From an uncultured Gemmatimonadaceae bacterium (GTDB taxonomy: Bacteria; Gemmatimonadota; Gemmatimonadetes; Gemmatimonadales; Gemmatimonadaceae), in contig CAWJMB010000002.1 in the NCBI GenBank assembly GCA_963843845.1, positions 2,304,001 through 2,368,000 on the forward strand: DNA of 64,000 bases, in the 5' to 3' direction. This document shows, piece after piece, positions 1-9,777 of the stretch. The notes below the pieces were generated by a model. That model did not search any database. It saw only the letters and a list, made by a program, of their open reading frames with translations, and was not told the origin of the DNA. How positions within the stretch are numbered: position 1 is the stretch's first letter; each line of letters starts with the position of its first letter. Position numbers and translations under genes: made by a program.

Positions 1-491
1 TTGGTCACGAACCCGAAGTACTCGCTCGCCGTGATCATCGGGTCGAGCGACTCGGTCTGGAAGCTCATCAGGAACGCGAGCGTGAACGGCAGCACGACGT
101 AGTAGGCGAGCGCCACGCCCGCGACGAACAGCGCCGTCGCGCCGATGAGCACCGGGGCGACGAGCCGCTTCTCGTGCGTGTAGAGTGCCGGTGCGAAGAA
201 CGCCCACGCCTGGTAGAGAATCACCGGCGACGCGAGCACGATCGCGGCGACGAACGACGCGTTCAGGACGATGCTGAACGCCGCGCCGGGGTGCGTGTAC
301 ACGAGGTTGTGCCCGTGCAGGTACGGTTTCATCGGGGCCTGCAAGAACCCGATCACGTCCACGCGCTGCAGGAGCACGAACGCGACGACGAACGCGACGA
401 CGAACGCGATGAGGATGTAGAACAGGCGCCACCGCAGCTCCTCGAGGTGATCGAGGAACGGCATCTCGCCCTGCGGCTTCGCCTGGCTCAT
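1..491 (-). CDS. tatC: Twin-arginine translocase subunit TatC (3' end outside window)
   Basis: Manual translation from ATG at 491 gives MSQAKPQGEMPFLDHLEELRWRL...PVILYQAWAFFAPALY, matching TatC motifs. Confidence 0.93.
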   Translation of the reverse strand, partial: MSQAKPQGEMPFLDHLEELRWRLFYILIAFVVAFVVAFVLLQRVDVIGFLQAPMKPYLHGHNLVYTHPGAAFSIVLNASFVAAIVLASPVILYQAWAFFAPALYTHEKRLVAPVLIGATALFVAGVALAYYVVLPFTLAFLMSFQTESLDPMITASEYFGFVT

Positions 492-502
492 CGTCGTGGT
501 GC

Positions 503-1289
503 CTAACGCCGCGGGCAGACGCCGGTCATCGCCGCGCACGCGAGCTCCGCTTCGTCCGACTTCGGGTACCGCTTGCGGAGATCCTGATACAGCGCGCGCG
601 CCGCCGCGCGTCTTTCCCGCCGACTGCTGGGACTGCGCGCGGCGGTACAACGCCGTCGCCGCGCGCGGGGACGACGGGTAGCGCGTCACGACGGCCGCGT
701 ACGCGCTGTCGGCAGCCGCCGCGTTGCGCTCCCCGGCGAAGGCCTGGGCGATGTAGAACTGCGCGTCCGCCGCGACATCCGCGGTCGGATAGCGCCTCAA
801 CAGATCCTCGAACGCGGCGCGCGCCGTTCCGTAACTGCCACGATCGAGCTGCCCGCGCGCGATCTCGTACAGCTGGTTGGGCCCCGGAGCGAGCGTCGTG
901 TCGCCCGGCGCCACCGCCTGCTGCGCCTCCGTACGCGCCGCCTCGACCGCGCTGCGCAGCTCTTGCAGCCGCCGCTGACTCTGGCCGGTCAGCTCTTCGA
1001 TGATCGTGACCGCCTCGCGCAGTCCCCGCAGCGCCTCACGCGCGTCCCCCTGGAAGCGGCCGAACTGCGACGCCAGCGAGCGGATCGAATCGCTCGACGC
1101 GCTCATCTGCGCGATGATCCGATCGATCTGTGCCGCGCGCGCCGAGTCGCCGATCGCGCGCTCGGCGCGGAGGGCGGTGATGTCGCTCTGGAGAACCCGG
1201 ACGTCGTTGCGGGTCGCGAAGCAGGCGGTGCCGCCGGCCACGAGCACCACGCCTGCGGCGAGCGGCGCGAGACGGCGCGAACGCATCAT
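503..1289 (-). CDS. cpoB: Tol-Pal-associated TPR/coiled-coil lipoprotein CpoB (YbgF); apparent frameshifts near the 3' end
   Basis: Manual translation MMRSRRLAPLAAGVVLVAGGTACFATRNDV...ARAAFEDLLRRYPTADVAADAQFYIAQ; lies directly downstream of pal. The stop position is approximate. Confidence 0.75.
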
Positions 1290-1918
1290 CGCCCGCCCGG
1301 GGGCAGCATGAGCGGATTCCCACCCGCCGTGATCTCGAACTCGGCGCGGCGGTTGCGCGACCAGCACGACTCGTCCTCCTCGCCGCACGTCGGCCGCTCC
1401 TCGCCGAGGCTCGCGATCTCGACGCGCGAGCCGTCGATGCCGCGCTCGGTGAGGAACGCCTTCACGGCAGACGCGCGCCGCGAGCCGAGCGCGATGTTGT
1501 ACTCGTCGGAGCCGCGGCTGTCGGTGTGGCCGGCGACGCGAAGGCGCACGCTCGGATTCGCCGTGAGCAGCGGGATCTTCGCCTCGAGCACCGCCCGCGA
1601 GTCGTCGCGGATGTCGGACTGGTCGTAATCGAAGTAGACCGTCGCGCTGAGCGCGGCCCGCGCGCGCGCCATGGCGCCCTCACGATCCGCGTTCGCGCGG
1701 GCGATCGAGTCGCGCACGAACTGCTCGCGCTCGCGCGCCCGCCGCGCGGCATCCTCGGCCGCGCGGGCGGCGTTGATGCTGTCGGTGTTCACCGTCGTCG
1801 TGGTCGTCGGCGTCGGCGCAGGCGTCGGCTTCTTCTTGCACGCGGCCAGCGATGCGGACGCGAGCGTCAGGAGCACTGCCGTGCGAGCGGACGGAAGCAG
1901 GCGAGCGATGGTGTGCAT
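1286..1918 (-). CDS. pal: Peptidoglycan-associated lipoprotein Pal (OmpA-like domain)
   Basis: Lipobox LAAC; motifs VYFDYD, GHTDSRGSDEYNIALGSRRA, WSRNRRAEF. Confidence 0.95.
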   Translation of the reverse strand: MHTIARLLPSARTAVLLTLASASLAACKKKPTPAPTPTTTTTVNTDSINAARAAEDAARRAREREQFVRDSIARANADREGAMARARAALSATVYFDYDQSDIRDDSRAVLEAKIPLLTANPSVRLRVAGHTDSRGSDEYNIALGSRRASAVKAFLTERGIDGSRVEIASLGEERPTCGEEDESCWSRNRRAEFEITAGGNPLMLPPGGR

Positions 1919-1990
1919 TGCGAAGTTCTCCGTGATGGTCGAGCGTATCGAGCGCCGGACGTGCTGACGCGGCGAGCGTGGTGCGCCTCG

Positions 1991-3298
1991 CTAGGGCGTG
2001 CGGACGAGTGGCGGGGACCAGGCGGGCATCCGGGCTGCACCACCGCGCGTGAGCTGGCGCGCCGAGCCGGTCTCGGAGTCGATGACCCACAACTGACGAC
2101 TGCCCCCGCGCGTCGACGTGACGACGAGGTGGCGCGCGTCGGGCGCCCACGACGGCTCCTCGTTCGCGCCGTCCGTCGTCAGCCGTCGTGCCGCGCGGTC
2201 GCGCAGTCCCACGTGAAGATCTGAAACCGCCCGCCGACCATCGACTGAAACGCGACGAGCCGGCTGTCAGGCGACCAGTCGGCGTCGGACCGATAGTTCT
2301 GGTCGCTCGAATCGTACGACGTGAACACGTCGACGTCCGCCCCATCCGCGTCGGAAATATATATCTCCGGGTGCCCCGAGCGCCCCGAGGTGAACGCGAT
2401 CCGGCGCCCGTCAGGGCTGAACGACGGCGACACGTTCAACGACCCACGCCCGGCCGTGACGCGCCGCGGCGAGCCACCGGTCCACGGCACGGAATACAGG
2501 TCGACGCCCCCCTCCTCACCGTGCGCGTAGACCACGGTGGCGCCGTCCGGCGAGATCGCCGGCGAGAGATTGACGACGCCGCCTGACGACGAGTGTCCGC
2601 GCCGCGCCGTCGAGCTCTTTCGCGAGGATCGTCTGCTCGCCGCGCTCGGAGAGCGTGGCGAAGACGAACGCCCTACCGGTCGGGTGCCACGCGGGGGACG
2701 TCCACCACGCTCGCTGACCACGCGCGCGTTCTCGCCGTCGCTGTCGACCGCCCAGACGCGGTTGTCCCGCACGAACAGCAGGCGCGTCGCAGCGATGCCG
2801 CGCACGCCGGTCAGCGTGCGCTCGATCTCGTCCGCGGCGGCGTGCACCGCGAGTCGCCACGCGGGCGACGGAGCTGACGGCGGCAGCGCGAAATCCGTCG
2901 CCGTCAGCAGTTGCCGCCGCGCCACGTCGTGAATCGCCACGTGCAGCGCGCCGCTCGCCGTCACCGATCCCTGCAACACCGCCGCGGCGCCGAGCCGCGC
3001 CGCGAGCTCGTAGTTGATGCGGCCATCGGCGCCGACCGGCGCGTCCGCGGCGCTACCCGTGACGACGTTCACGCGGTCGCCATACGTCAGATCGCGCTGC
3101 ACGATCAGCGCGGATCGAGTCCCCGGCCGCGCCGCGCACCGGCAGCACGATCACGCCGGGCTTCGACCCTGCGTCGTAGCTCAGGCGCACGGCGACGCCA
3201 GGGCGCGGCGTCGTGTCGACCTGCGCCGCGAGCCGCGCCGCACCCAGGGCCGTCAGGCACGCGACGACGGTCGCGCGCGTCATAGTCGATCGTTGCAT
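1991..3298 (-). CDS. tolB: TolB-like beta-propeller protein, split over several frames
   Basis: PD40-type repeats (SPAISPDG, SPSFSPDGRRIAFTS, WSPD, PSWAPD) across ORFs 3053-3298, 2179-3102 and 1991-2212; tol-pal context. Confidence 0.88.
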
Positions 3299-4192
3299 CT
3301 ACCGAAGTACCCGCGGATCGAAACTGAACGTCACCGGCAGCGACGTCGCCCGCGAAGCCGCGCGGCAGCGGCCCGAACGCTCGCGCTGGCTGACGGCCTC
3401 GATCGCGCCCTGCGCCTCGACGTCGAACGTCGTAGCTGCCCGAGCGTCGTACCAGGCGCACGTCGGTGACCGAGCCGTCGCGATGGATGAGGAACGAGAC
3501 GTCGGCGGCGAGCGGTCGCGCGCGGTTCGGCGGCGAGAAACGCAGGGCGACCTGCCGGACGATGTTGTCGAGGTACCCGGGATACGGGAAATCGAGCCCG
3601 GCGAACTTGCACGTTCGCGACGTCTGCGCCGCGCCCCTCCTTCGGGGCCGCCCCCAGCACGCGGAGTCGTCGCTGGACGCGCGCCTGGCTTCCCTGCCGT
3701 CGCGGGCGGCGTGGTCGCCGCCGGCGCGGCTTCGCCCGAGCGGGCGCCGTCGTAGGCGGCGTCGGGGTCGCGCGCCTCGGGGCAGGCGCGGGCTTCGCTG
3801 TCGCGGCTCTCGTCGGCGGCGCGCTCGCCTTCGGCGGCGCCTTCGCGACCGGGGGCGGTGGCGCCTTCGCGGCCGGACGGCGTCGGGGCCGGCGTCGACG
3901 CAGCCCTGCTCGTCGGCGCAGGGGTTGGAGCGGGCGTCGGAGCAGGCGCGTCGGGTTCGGCGCTCACGGTGCCGATCGCGCGAGGGCCCGGCGGCGCAGC
4001 CACGAGGTTCACCCGATAGACGGGCGGTGGCGTGATCCGCTCGCCGCTCCGGCCGGCGACGAGCGCGGCCACCACCGCGCCGTGCAGCAGCGCCGAGGCG
4101 ACGACGCCGCGACCGAGTCGTGCACCGCCGCCCCGGCCGCCGTCGCCGTCGCGCCATCTCGCCTCGTGCGACGCGAACGTCGCGGCGTTCAC
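3299..4192 (-). CDS. TolA/TonB-family energy transducer (frameshifted)
   Basis: N-terminal TM segment SALLHG, Pro/Ala-rich linker, C-terminal fragments FPYPGYLDNIVRQV...IHRDGSV...RSG and LPVTFSFDP; GTG start overlaps the upstream stop. Confidence 0.78.
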   Translation of the reverse strand: MNAATFASHEARWRDGDGGRGGGARLGRGVVASALLHGAVVAALVAGRSGERITPPPVYRVNLVAAPPGPRAIGTVSAEPDAPAPTPAPTPAPTSRAASTPAPTPSGREGATAPGREGAAEGERAADESRDSEARACPEARDPDAAYDGARSGEAAPAATTPPATAGKPGARPATTPRAGGGPEGGARRRRRERASSPGSISRIPGTSTTSSGRSPCVSRRRTARDRSPPTSRSSSIATARSPTCAWYDARAATTFDVEAQGAIEAVSQRERSGRCRAASRATSLPVTFSFDPRVLR

Positions 4193-4578
4193 GCGCCTCC
4201 CTCCGGCTCTGCGACGAGCGCCACGTTCGAGATGCCGCTGTCGTGGATCGCTGCGAGCACGCGCACCACGATGCCGTAAGCCACGCCCTGGTCGGCGCGC
4301 ACGTACACGCCGTCGGCGGCGCGCTTGCGTCGGCGAGCGCCTTGAACGACCCGCGGAACTCGTCGAGCGTGAGCCGCGTCTCGTCGACGTAGATCTCGCC
4401 CGGCCTTCGTGACGCTCACCGTGAGGCCGCTCTTCGGCTCGAGCGGCGCGACGTCCGCGGAGGGCAGCGCACGTCCACACCGCCGGTCATGATGCGGCGC
4501 CGTGATCATGAAGATCACCATGAGCAGCATCATCACGTCGATGAGGCTGACGACGTTGATCTCGGCGTTCAGCGCCAT
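4189..4578 (-). CDS. tolR: ExbD/TolR biopolymer transport protein (internal compensating frameshifts)
   Basis: EINVVSLIDVMMLLMVIFMITAP and VRADQGVAYGIVVRVL motifs. Confidence 0.88.
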   Translation of the reverse strand: MALNAEINVVSLIDVMMLLMVIFMITAPHHDRRCGRALPSADVAPLEPKSGLTVSVTKAGRDLRRRDAAHARRVPRVVQGARRRKRAADGVYVRADQGVAYGIVVRVLAAIHDSGISNVALVAEPEGGA

Positions 4579-4599
4579 CCGCTCGCGCGCGGCGTCGCA

Positions 4600-5344
4600 T
4601 CAGATCCTCCCGTCGCGCACCAGCAGCGCGATCAGCTCGGAGCCGAACCCTTCGAGCGCGCTGTCGATCCGGTTGAGCCGGGTCGCGAAGATGTTGTACC
4701 CGAACACCGCCGGAATGGCCACGGCGAGCGCCGCCGCCGTCGCCACGAGCGCCTCGGCGACGCCGGGCGCGACCGCCCCGAGGTTGCCGGACCCGTTACG
4801 CGCGATCCCGATGAAACGCCGAGATGACGCCGAGCACGGTGCCGAGCAGTCCGATGAGCGGGCTGACCGAGCCGATCGTCGCGAGCCACGGCACGAACCG
4901 CGACAGCCGGTCGCGCTCGGCGTTCGTCTCCGCGTCGAGCAGCAGTCGCAGCGCCTCGACCTGCGAGCCGCTGCAGCCGCGCCGAACGGTCGCGGCGTCG
5001 CGCCCAGCGCGGGGCGCGTCTCCGTGAGGAAGAGCAGCGCGCGGCGGAACACGTCGGTGAACGGGCTCGACGCCGCCCGATCCGCGGCGTGCTGCGCCGC
5101 GTCGAGCGTCCGCGCGTGCTCGAACTCGCCGCAGGAACGCCTGGCCGGCCGCGTCGACGCGGCGCAGCTCGACCCACTTCGCGAGCATCACGCCCCAGCT
5201 CACGAGCGAGAGCACGGCGAGCAGCACCAGCACCAGGCTTCGTCGGCAGGCGAGCCCGCGGTGATGAGCTCCCACGCATCGGACGGCACCGCGCTGCCGG
5301 CGGCGCCGGCGCGCCGCGGAGCGAGTGCTGCCACGGAGCATCAC
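4600..5344 (-). CDS. tolQ: MotA/TolQ/ExbB proton-channel protein (frameshifted)
   Basis: LATIGSVSPLIGLLGTVLGVI and VAPGVAEALVATAAALAVAIPAV lie in adjacent frames. Confidence 0.88.
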
Positions 5345-6326
5345 GCCGGCCAGTCGCCGCGCTGCGCGCGCGCCGCGCGGCGAAGAACTCGAACGTCTCG
5401 CGGAGCCCGTCCGCGAGCGAGACCTCGGGCGACCAGCCGAGCAGCTCGCGCGCCTTGTCGATCACGAGCGCGCTGCGCTGAAGCTCTCCGGCCCGTGCCG
5501 GCGCCCGCTCGATCGGCGTGTCGTCGCCCGACGGCGGCTTGCAGCACGCGGGCGAGCTCGTTCACCGACGTCTCGATCGCCGGTCCCGACGTTGAACGCG
5601 CGCGCGTCGAGCGGCCCGACGGGCGGCAGAGTCGCGCGTCGCCGCCGCGAAGACGGCGCGCGCGACGTCTTTCACGAACACGTAGTCGCGCGTCTGCTCG
5701 CCCGTGCCGAACGTCGTCATCGCGCGGCCGTCGAGGATGCGATTGCAGAAGATCGCGACGACGCCTGCCTCGCCGTGCGGATCCTGCCGCGGACCGTACA
5801 CGTTCGCGAAGCGCATCGCGCAGCACTCCATGCCGTGCTGCCGCGCGTAGTACGCCATGTAGTACTCGACACTGAGCTTCGCGATGCCGTACGGCGACTC
5901 GGGATCCTTCGCGTCGGTCTCACGCGCCGGCGGCGTCACGAAGTCGCCATACAACGCTCCGCCGGTCGATGCGAACACCACGCGCGGCGCGCGGCCGTTC
6001 GCGCTCTGGCGCGCGGCCTCGAGCACGTTCAGCGAGCCGAGGATGTTCTGCCGGGCGTCGAATGCGGGGTCGCTGACGCTCTTGCGCACGTCGATCTGCG
6101 CCGCGAGGTGCGCGACCACGTCGAACGCGCCGTCGCGCACGATCGCCGCGGTCTCGGCGCTGCCGACGTCGAGCTCGTGCACGGTCGCGGCGGCGTTGAC
6201 GTTCTCGCGCCGCCCGCTCGAGAAATTGTCGATGATGGTGACGTCGTAGCCGTCCGCGATGAAGCGATCCGCGACGTGCGATCCGATGAACCCGGCGCCG
6301 CCGGTGACGAGTGCCCGCTTGGTCAT
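5341..6326 (-). CDS. NAD-dependent epimerase/dehydratase (UDP-glucose 4-epimerase-like; frameshifted)
   Basis: MTKRALVTGGAGFIGSH, YGIAK, NVYGPRQDPHGEAGVV; the C-terminus continues in other frames. Confidence 0.88.
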
Positions 6327-6417
6327 GATATTGAAACGAAGTTGCGCGTCCCCGCCGGCGACGGGGACGCGCAATCTAACCCAACCCGGCGCCCGAGGGA
6401 CGCGCCGGCGGCACGCG

Positions 6418-7284
6418 CTACTTCACGCGCGGGAGGCGCCGCGCGTGCATCCCCGTCTCGATGCCCGGCTGCGCCTGGCTCAGCACGACCGCGGCCGCTC
6501 CATTCGTCGAGAGGCGCAGCACCTTCACCACGCCCACCCGCACCCCCGGAACGTCGCGCCCCGCCACGCGCCGTGCGGGACCGAGCAGCTCGAAGACGTC
6601 GTCCTCGCGCACCCCGTGCGCCGTTCCCGCGTCGAGCAGCACGACGCTGCCGACCGTGGGGAGCTCCGCGTTCCCGCGCACCCACACGACGCGGGTGTCG
6701 AGCGGCGCGGCGCGCGACTCCAGGGGGGGCGGCGCGCCCGCCGGTTCCGTCAACACGCGCTGCCCGACCTCTGCCGCGTCGAACAGCCGGACGATGCGCG
6801 CCGAGAGCAGATCGGCCGCCGCTCCGTCCACGGCGAGCAGCGCCGTCGGCACGAGCACTGGCTCGCCGCGCAGCGTCGGCCCCGGGCGAACGAGCAGCAA
6901 GCGCCGCGTCCCTTCGACGTAGCCCCGCGGCGCCGTGACGAGCACGACGTCCTCCAGCTGGAAGCGTCGACCCACCGGCGACGGCTCGACGCGCGACGCT
7001 TCGTCGGCGTCGAGCAGCGTGCCGGCCGCGGCGAGCGTCGCCGCCGACGTCACGAACGGCATCGCGGCACGCGCGAGCCGCCGCGTGCTGTCCGCCGCGG
7101 GCCACACGATCGGAAGCGTGGGCTTCGGGCTCGCCGACGCGGTGTCGTCGGGGGCGGCACCCCACGTCGTCGACGGCCCCATGATGGCGAGCGGCGTCAC
7201 CGGCACGCCCTGCGACGCCGCGTTCCGAGCGATGAGTGCGATCGCGGCGGCGGCGATCGGTCGAACGTAGGTCGTGCGCGTCAT
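6418..7284 (-). CDS. Secreted hypothetical protein
   Basis: Signal-peptide-like N-terminus MTRTTYVRPIAAAAIALIARNAASQ; C-terminal beta-rich region VLLDAGTAHGVREDDVFEL. Confidence 0.6.
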   Translation of the reverse strand: MTRTTYVRPIAAAAIALIARNAASQGVPVTPLAIMGPSTTWGAAPDDTASASPKPTLPIVWPAADSTRRLARAAMPFVTSAATLAAAGTLLDADEASRVEPSPVGRRFQLEDVVLVTAPRGYVEGTRRLLLVRPGPTLRGEPVLVPTALLAVDGAAADLLSARIVRLFDAAEVGQRVLTEPAGAPPPLESRAAPLDTRVVWVRGNAELPTVGSVVLLDAGTAHGVREDDVFELLGPARRVAGRDVPGVRVGVVKVLRLSTNGAAAVVLSQAQPGIETGMHARRLPRVK

Positions 7285-7360
7285 GCGTCCCGGCTCCGGC
7301 GAATTGGTCCTCAGTGGAGACGGCTCGTCGACGCGCCGGGTAACGAGCGACGCGACGGCG

Positions 7361-7395
7361 GGGCGGCCGGCTCGACGACGCATCGCCGGCCGCCC
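7361..7395 (-). terminator. GC-rich stem-loop just downstream of ssb (no U-tract)
   Basis: GGGCGGCCGG ... CCGGCCGCCC inverted repeat. Confidence 0.4.
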
Positions 7396-7402
7396 GTACG
7401 AC

Positions 7403-7951
7403 TCAGAACGGCAGGTCGTCGTCCCCGTCCTCGAGCGCGCCCGGAAAGTCGTCGAAGTCGTCATTGCCGTTCGTCGGCTTGCCTCGCCCGCCGGTCGACG
7501 CCGCCGGGGTCGCGGACGCGGCAGTCGCCGCCGGCGCCGCCTGCGCCGGTCGCCGCTGGGGTGCCGAGTAGCCGCTGGCGCCATCCATGTCGGCGTCGCC
7601 GTCGCGCCGGCCGCCCAACAGCAGCAGCTCGCGGACATTGATCTCCGTGCTGTAGCGCGTCTGCCCGTCCTTGTCCTGCCACTGACGGTACTCGATGCGC
7701 CCTTCGACGTAGATCTTGTCGCCCTTCTTCACATACTTCTCGACGATGTCGGCGAGCGACGAGCCCTTCGTGTTCCAGACGACGCAGCGGTGCCACTCCG
7801 TCTTCTCCTGCCGCTGTCCGTTCTGGTCGTTCCACGTGCGGCTCGTCGCGAGCGAGAACTGTGCGACGCGGTTCCCGCCCGGCGTCGCCCGCACCTCCGG
7901 GTCGCTGCCGAGATTTCCGATCAGAGTGACTTTGTTCAAGCTCCGGCTCAT
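7403..7951 (-). CDS. ssb: Single-stranded DNA-binding protein
   Basis: MSRSLNKVTLIGNLGSDPE...EWHR; acidic C-terminal tip DDDLPF. Confidence 0.97.
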   Translation of the reverse strand: MSRSLNKVTLIGNLGSDPEVRATPGGNRVAQFSLATSRTWNDQNGQRQEKTEWHRCVVWNTKGSSLADIVEKYVKKGDKIYVEGRIEYRQWQDKDGQTRYSTEINVRELLLLGGRRDGDADMDGASGYSAPQRRPAQAAPAATAASATPAASTGGRGKPTNGNDDFDDFPGALEDGDDDLPF

Positions 7952-8045
7952 GGTGCTCTCCTCCAGGCTAAGTAGTCGCAATCCCTGCTACATCGAAACT
8001 ATGGGTCCGCTCGGAGCCCAACCTACCAATCTGACGCATGGCGCA

Positions 8046-8567
8046 TCAGCGCGAACGCACCAGCACGAGTGCGTCCTCCTGCGGGCGGCGGTAGTAGCCC
8101 CGCCGCCGACCGACCTCCACGAACCGCCGCGCCGCGTACAATCGCCGCGCCGCCGCGTTCGACTCGCGCACCTCGAGAAAGATCGAGACCGCGCCCCGGC
8201 GCGTGACGTCGTCGATCACCGCGTCGAGCAGCAGCGCGCCCACGCCGCGCCCGCGCAGGCTCGGCGCCACGGCGACATTCGCGAGTTCGGCCTCGTCCGC
8301 GGCGATCCAGGCGACGGCGTAGCCCGCGACTTCCGCGCGTGGCCGCACATCATCGCGCACGACCCCGGGCGCGTCGCACCGCTCCGCGACGCAGAAGCGC
8401 ACGTGCGCGAAGCCGAGCAGCGACTCGAACGAGGCGCGCGACCAGGGATCGGTGAACGCGAGCCGCTCGATCTGCGTGATCGCCTCGATGTCGTTCGACG
8501 TCGCCGAGCGTACGCGGAACGTGCACGCCCCACCCGCAGCCGCCTCCGGCGCGTTCGACGTCGTCAT
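8046..8567 (-). CDS. rimI: Ribosomal-protein-alanine N-acetyltransferase (GNAT)
   Basis: NVAVAPSLRGRGVG, LEVRESNAAARRLY, RRGYY; follows tsaB. Confidence 0.9.
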   Translation of the reverse strand: MTTSNAPEAAAGGACTFRVRSATSNDIEAITQIERLAFTDPWSRASFESLLGFAHVRFCVAERCDAPGVVRDDVRPRAEVAGYAVAWIAADEAELANVAVAPSLRGRGVGALLLDAVIDDVTRRGAVSIFLEVRESNAAARRLYAARRFVEVGRRRGYYRRPQEDALVLVRSR

Positions 8568-9283
8568 GCCGACCGCCTCGCCTCGCTGCCGTCGCCCGGA
8601 AGGGAGCGTCCGTGCGCGGCCTCCCATTTCACCTGCGCTTCCGCCTTGCGGCCGTAGTCGGGTTCCCACCCGTCGAGGTCGACCGGTCCGGCGTGGTCCA
8701 GCAACGCCAGCAGCGCTCCGGCGTACCGCGCGTCGGGCGCGCGCGATGCGTCCGGGGTCACGAGCCGCGCCTGATGCTCGGCCGCGAGTGCGCCTAACGT
8801 TTCGGTCCGCACGACGCCGAGCGACCGGTGCGCCGTGACCTGCGTGCCGTCGACCGTGACGGCCGCCGCATACACGTCGCCGCGTAACGCGTCGGCCGAG
8901 ACGATGAGGCGCCCGGTCTCGCCGCCCAGCGACGCCGCGAGCAGCGCGAGGGAGGGCGTCGCGTACAGCGGAACGCGCCCCGCATGTGCGAGCCCCTTCG
9001 CGATCGACGCCGCGATCCGCAGGCTCGTGAAGCTCCCCGGCCCCGCACCGCAGACGATCGCCGAGAGCGCCCTCGGTGCGACGCACGCTTCGCCGAGCAT
9101 GTCGACGACGGCCGGAAGCAGCCGCTCTTCTTCGGCGCCGCGCATCGCCGTCGCGCCGGCGGCGAGAAGCTGCGTGTCGCGAAACACGGCGACCGTACCC
9201 GAGTACGTCGACGCGTCGAGCGCGAGCCACAGGCCGCCGCGCCCCGCGAATGCGTCAGGCATCGCCATCGACCTCGCGCTCAC
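8564..9283 (-). CDS. tsaB: tRNA threonylcarbamoyladenosine biosynthesis protein TsaB
   Basis: LALDAST and GPGSFTSLRIA motifs; start is either GTG 9283 or ATG 9268. Confidence 0.9.
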   Translation of the reverse strand: MSARSMAMPDAFAGRGGLWLALDASTYSGTVAVFRDTQLLAAGATAMRGAEEERLLPAVVDMLGEACVAPRALSAIVCGAGPGSFTSLRIAASIAKGLAHAGRVPLYATPSLALLAASLGGETGRLIVSADALRGDVYAAAVTVDGTQVTAHRSLGVVRTETLGALAAEHQARLVTPDASRAPDARYAGALLALLDHAGPVDLDGWEPDYGRKAEAQVKWEAAHGRSLPGDGSEARRSA

Positions 9284-9777
9284 CCGGCCAGCAGCACGCG
9301 TCGGGATTCGTCGCCCGCGGCGTACTCGATGTCGATGGGCACGTGCGGCGGTAGGCGTCCCGCGGCGCGCTCCGGCCACTCGATCAGTACGATCGCATCC
9401 TCGGCGCCCACCACCTCGTCCCACCCGATGTTCGTCAGCTCGGCGGGGTGCTTCAATCGGTAGAGATCGAGGTGGAAGACGCGCCCGCGGGGCGCCGGAT
9501 ACTCGTGCACGAGCGCATACGTCGGACTCGTCACATCCGCGGTCACGCCGTAGCCGCGGCAGATCGCCTGCGCGAGCGTCGTCTTCCCCGCGCCGAGCTC
9601 CCCGGCGAGCGTCACGACTGTGGACGGTGTGAGCGCTCGGCCGAACGCCTCGCCCCACGCGACCAGCTCGTCGCGCGTGAGCGCGATGCCGCTGCGCGCC
9701 GCGGCCGGCGGCACGGTCGGCGCCCGATGCCCGTCCGCGGTGACAGCGCTCGCCGCGCCCGCCGGAGTGTCGCTCAT
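9280..9777 (-). CDS. tsaE: t6A biosynthesis ATPase TsaE
   Basis: GELGAGKTT, VTSPTY, HLDLYRL, LIEWPE. Confidence 0.95.
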   Translation of the reverse strand: MSDTPAGAASAVTADGHRAPTVPPAAARSGIALTRDELVAWGEAFGRALTPSTVVTLAGELGAGKTTLAQAICRGYGVTADVTSPTYALVHEYPAPRGRVFHLDLYRLKHPAELTNIGWDEVVGAEDAIVLIEWPERAAGRLPPHVPIDIEYAAGDESRRVLLAG

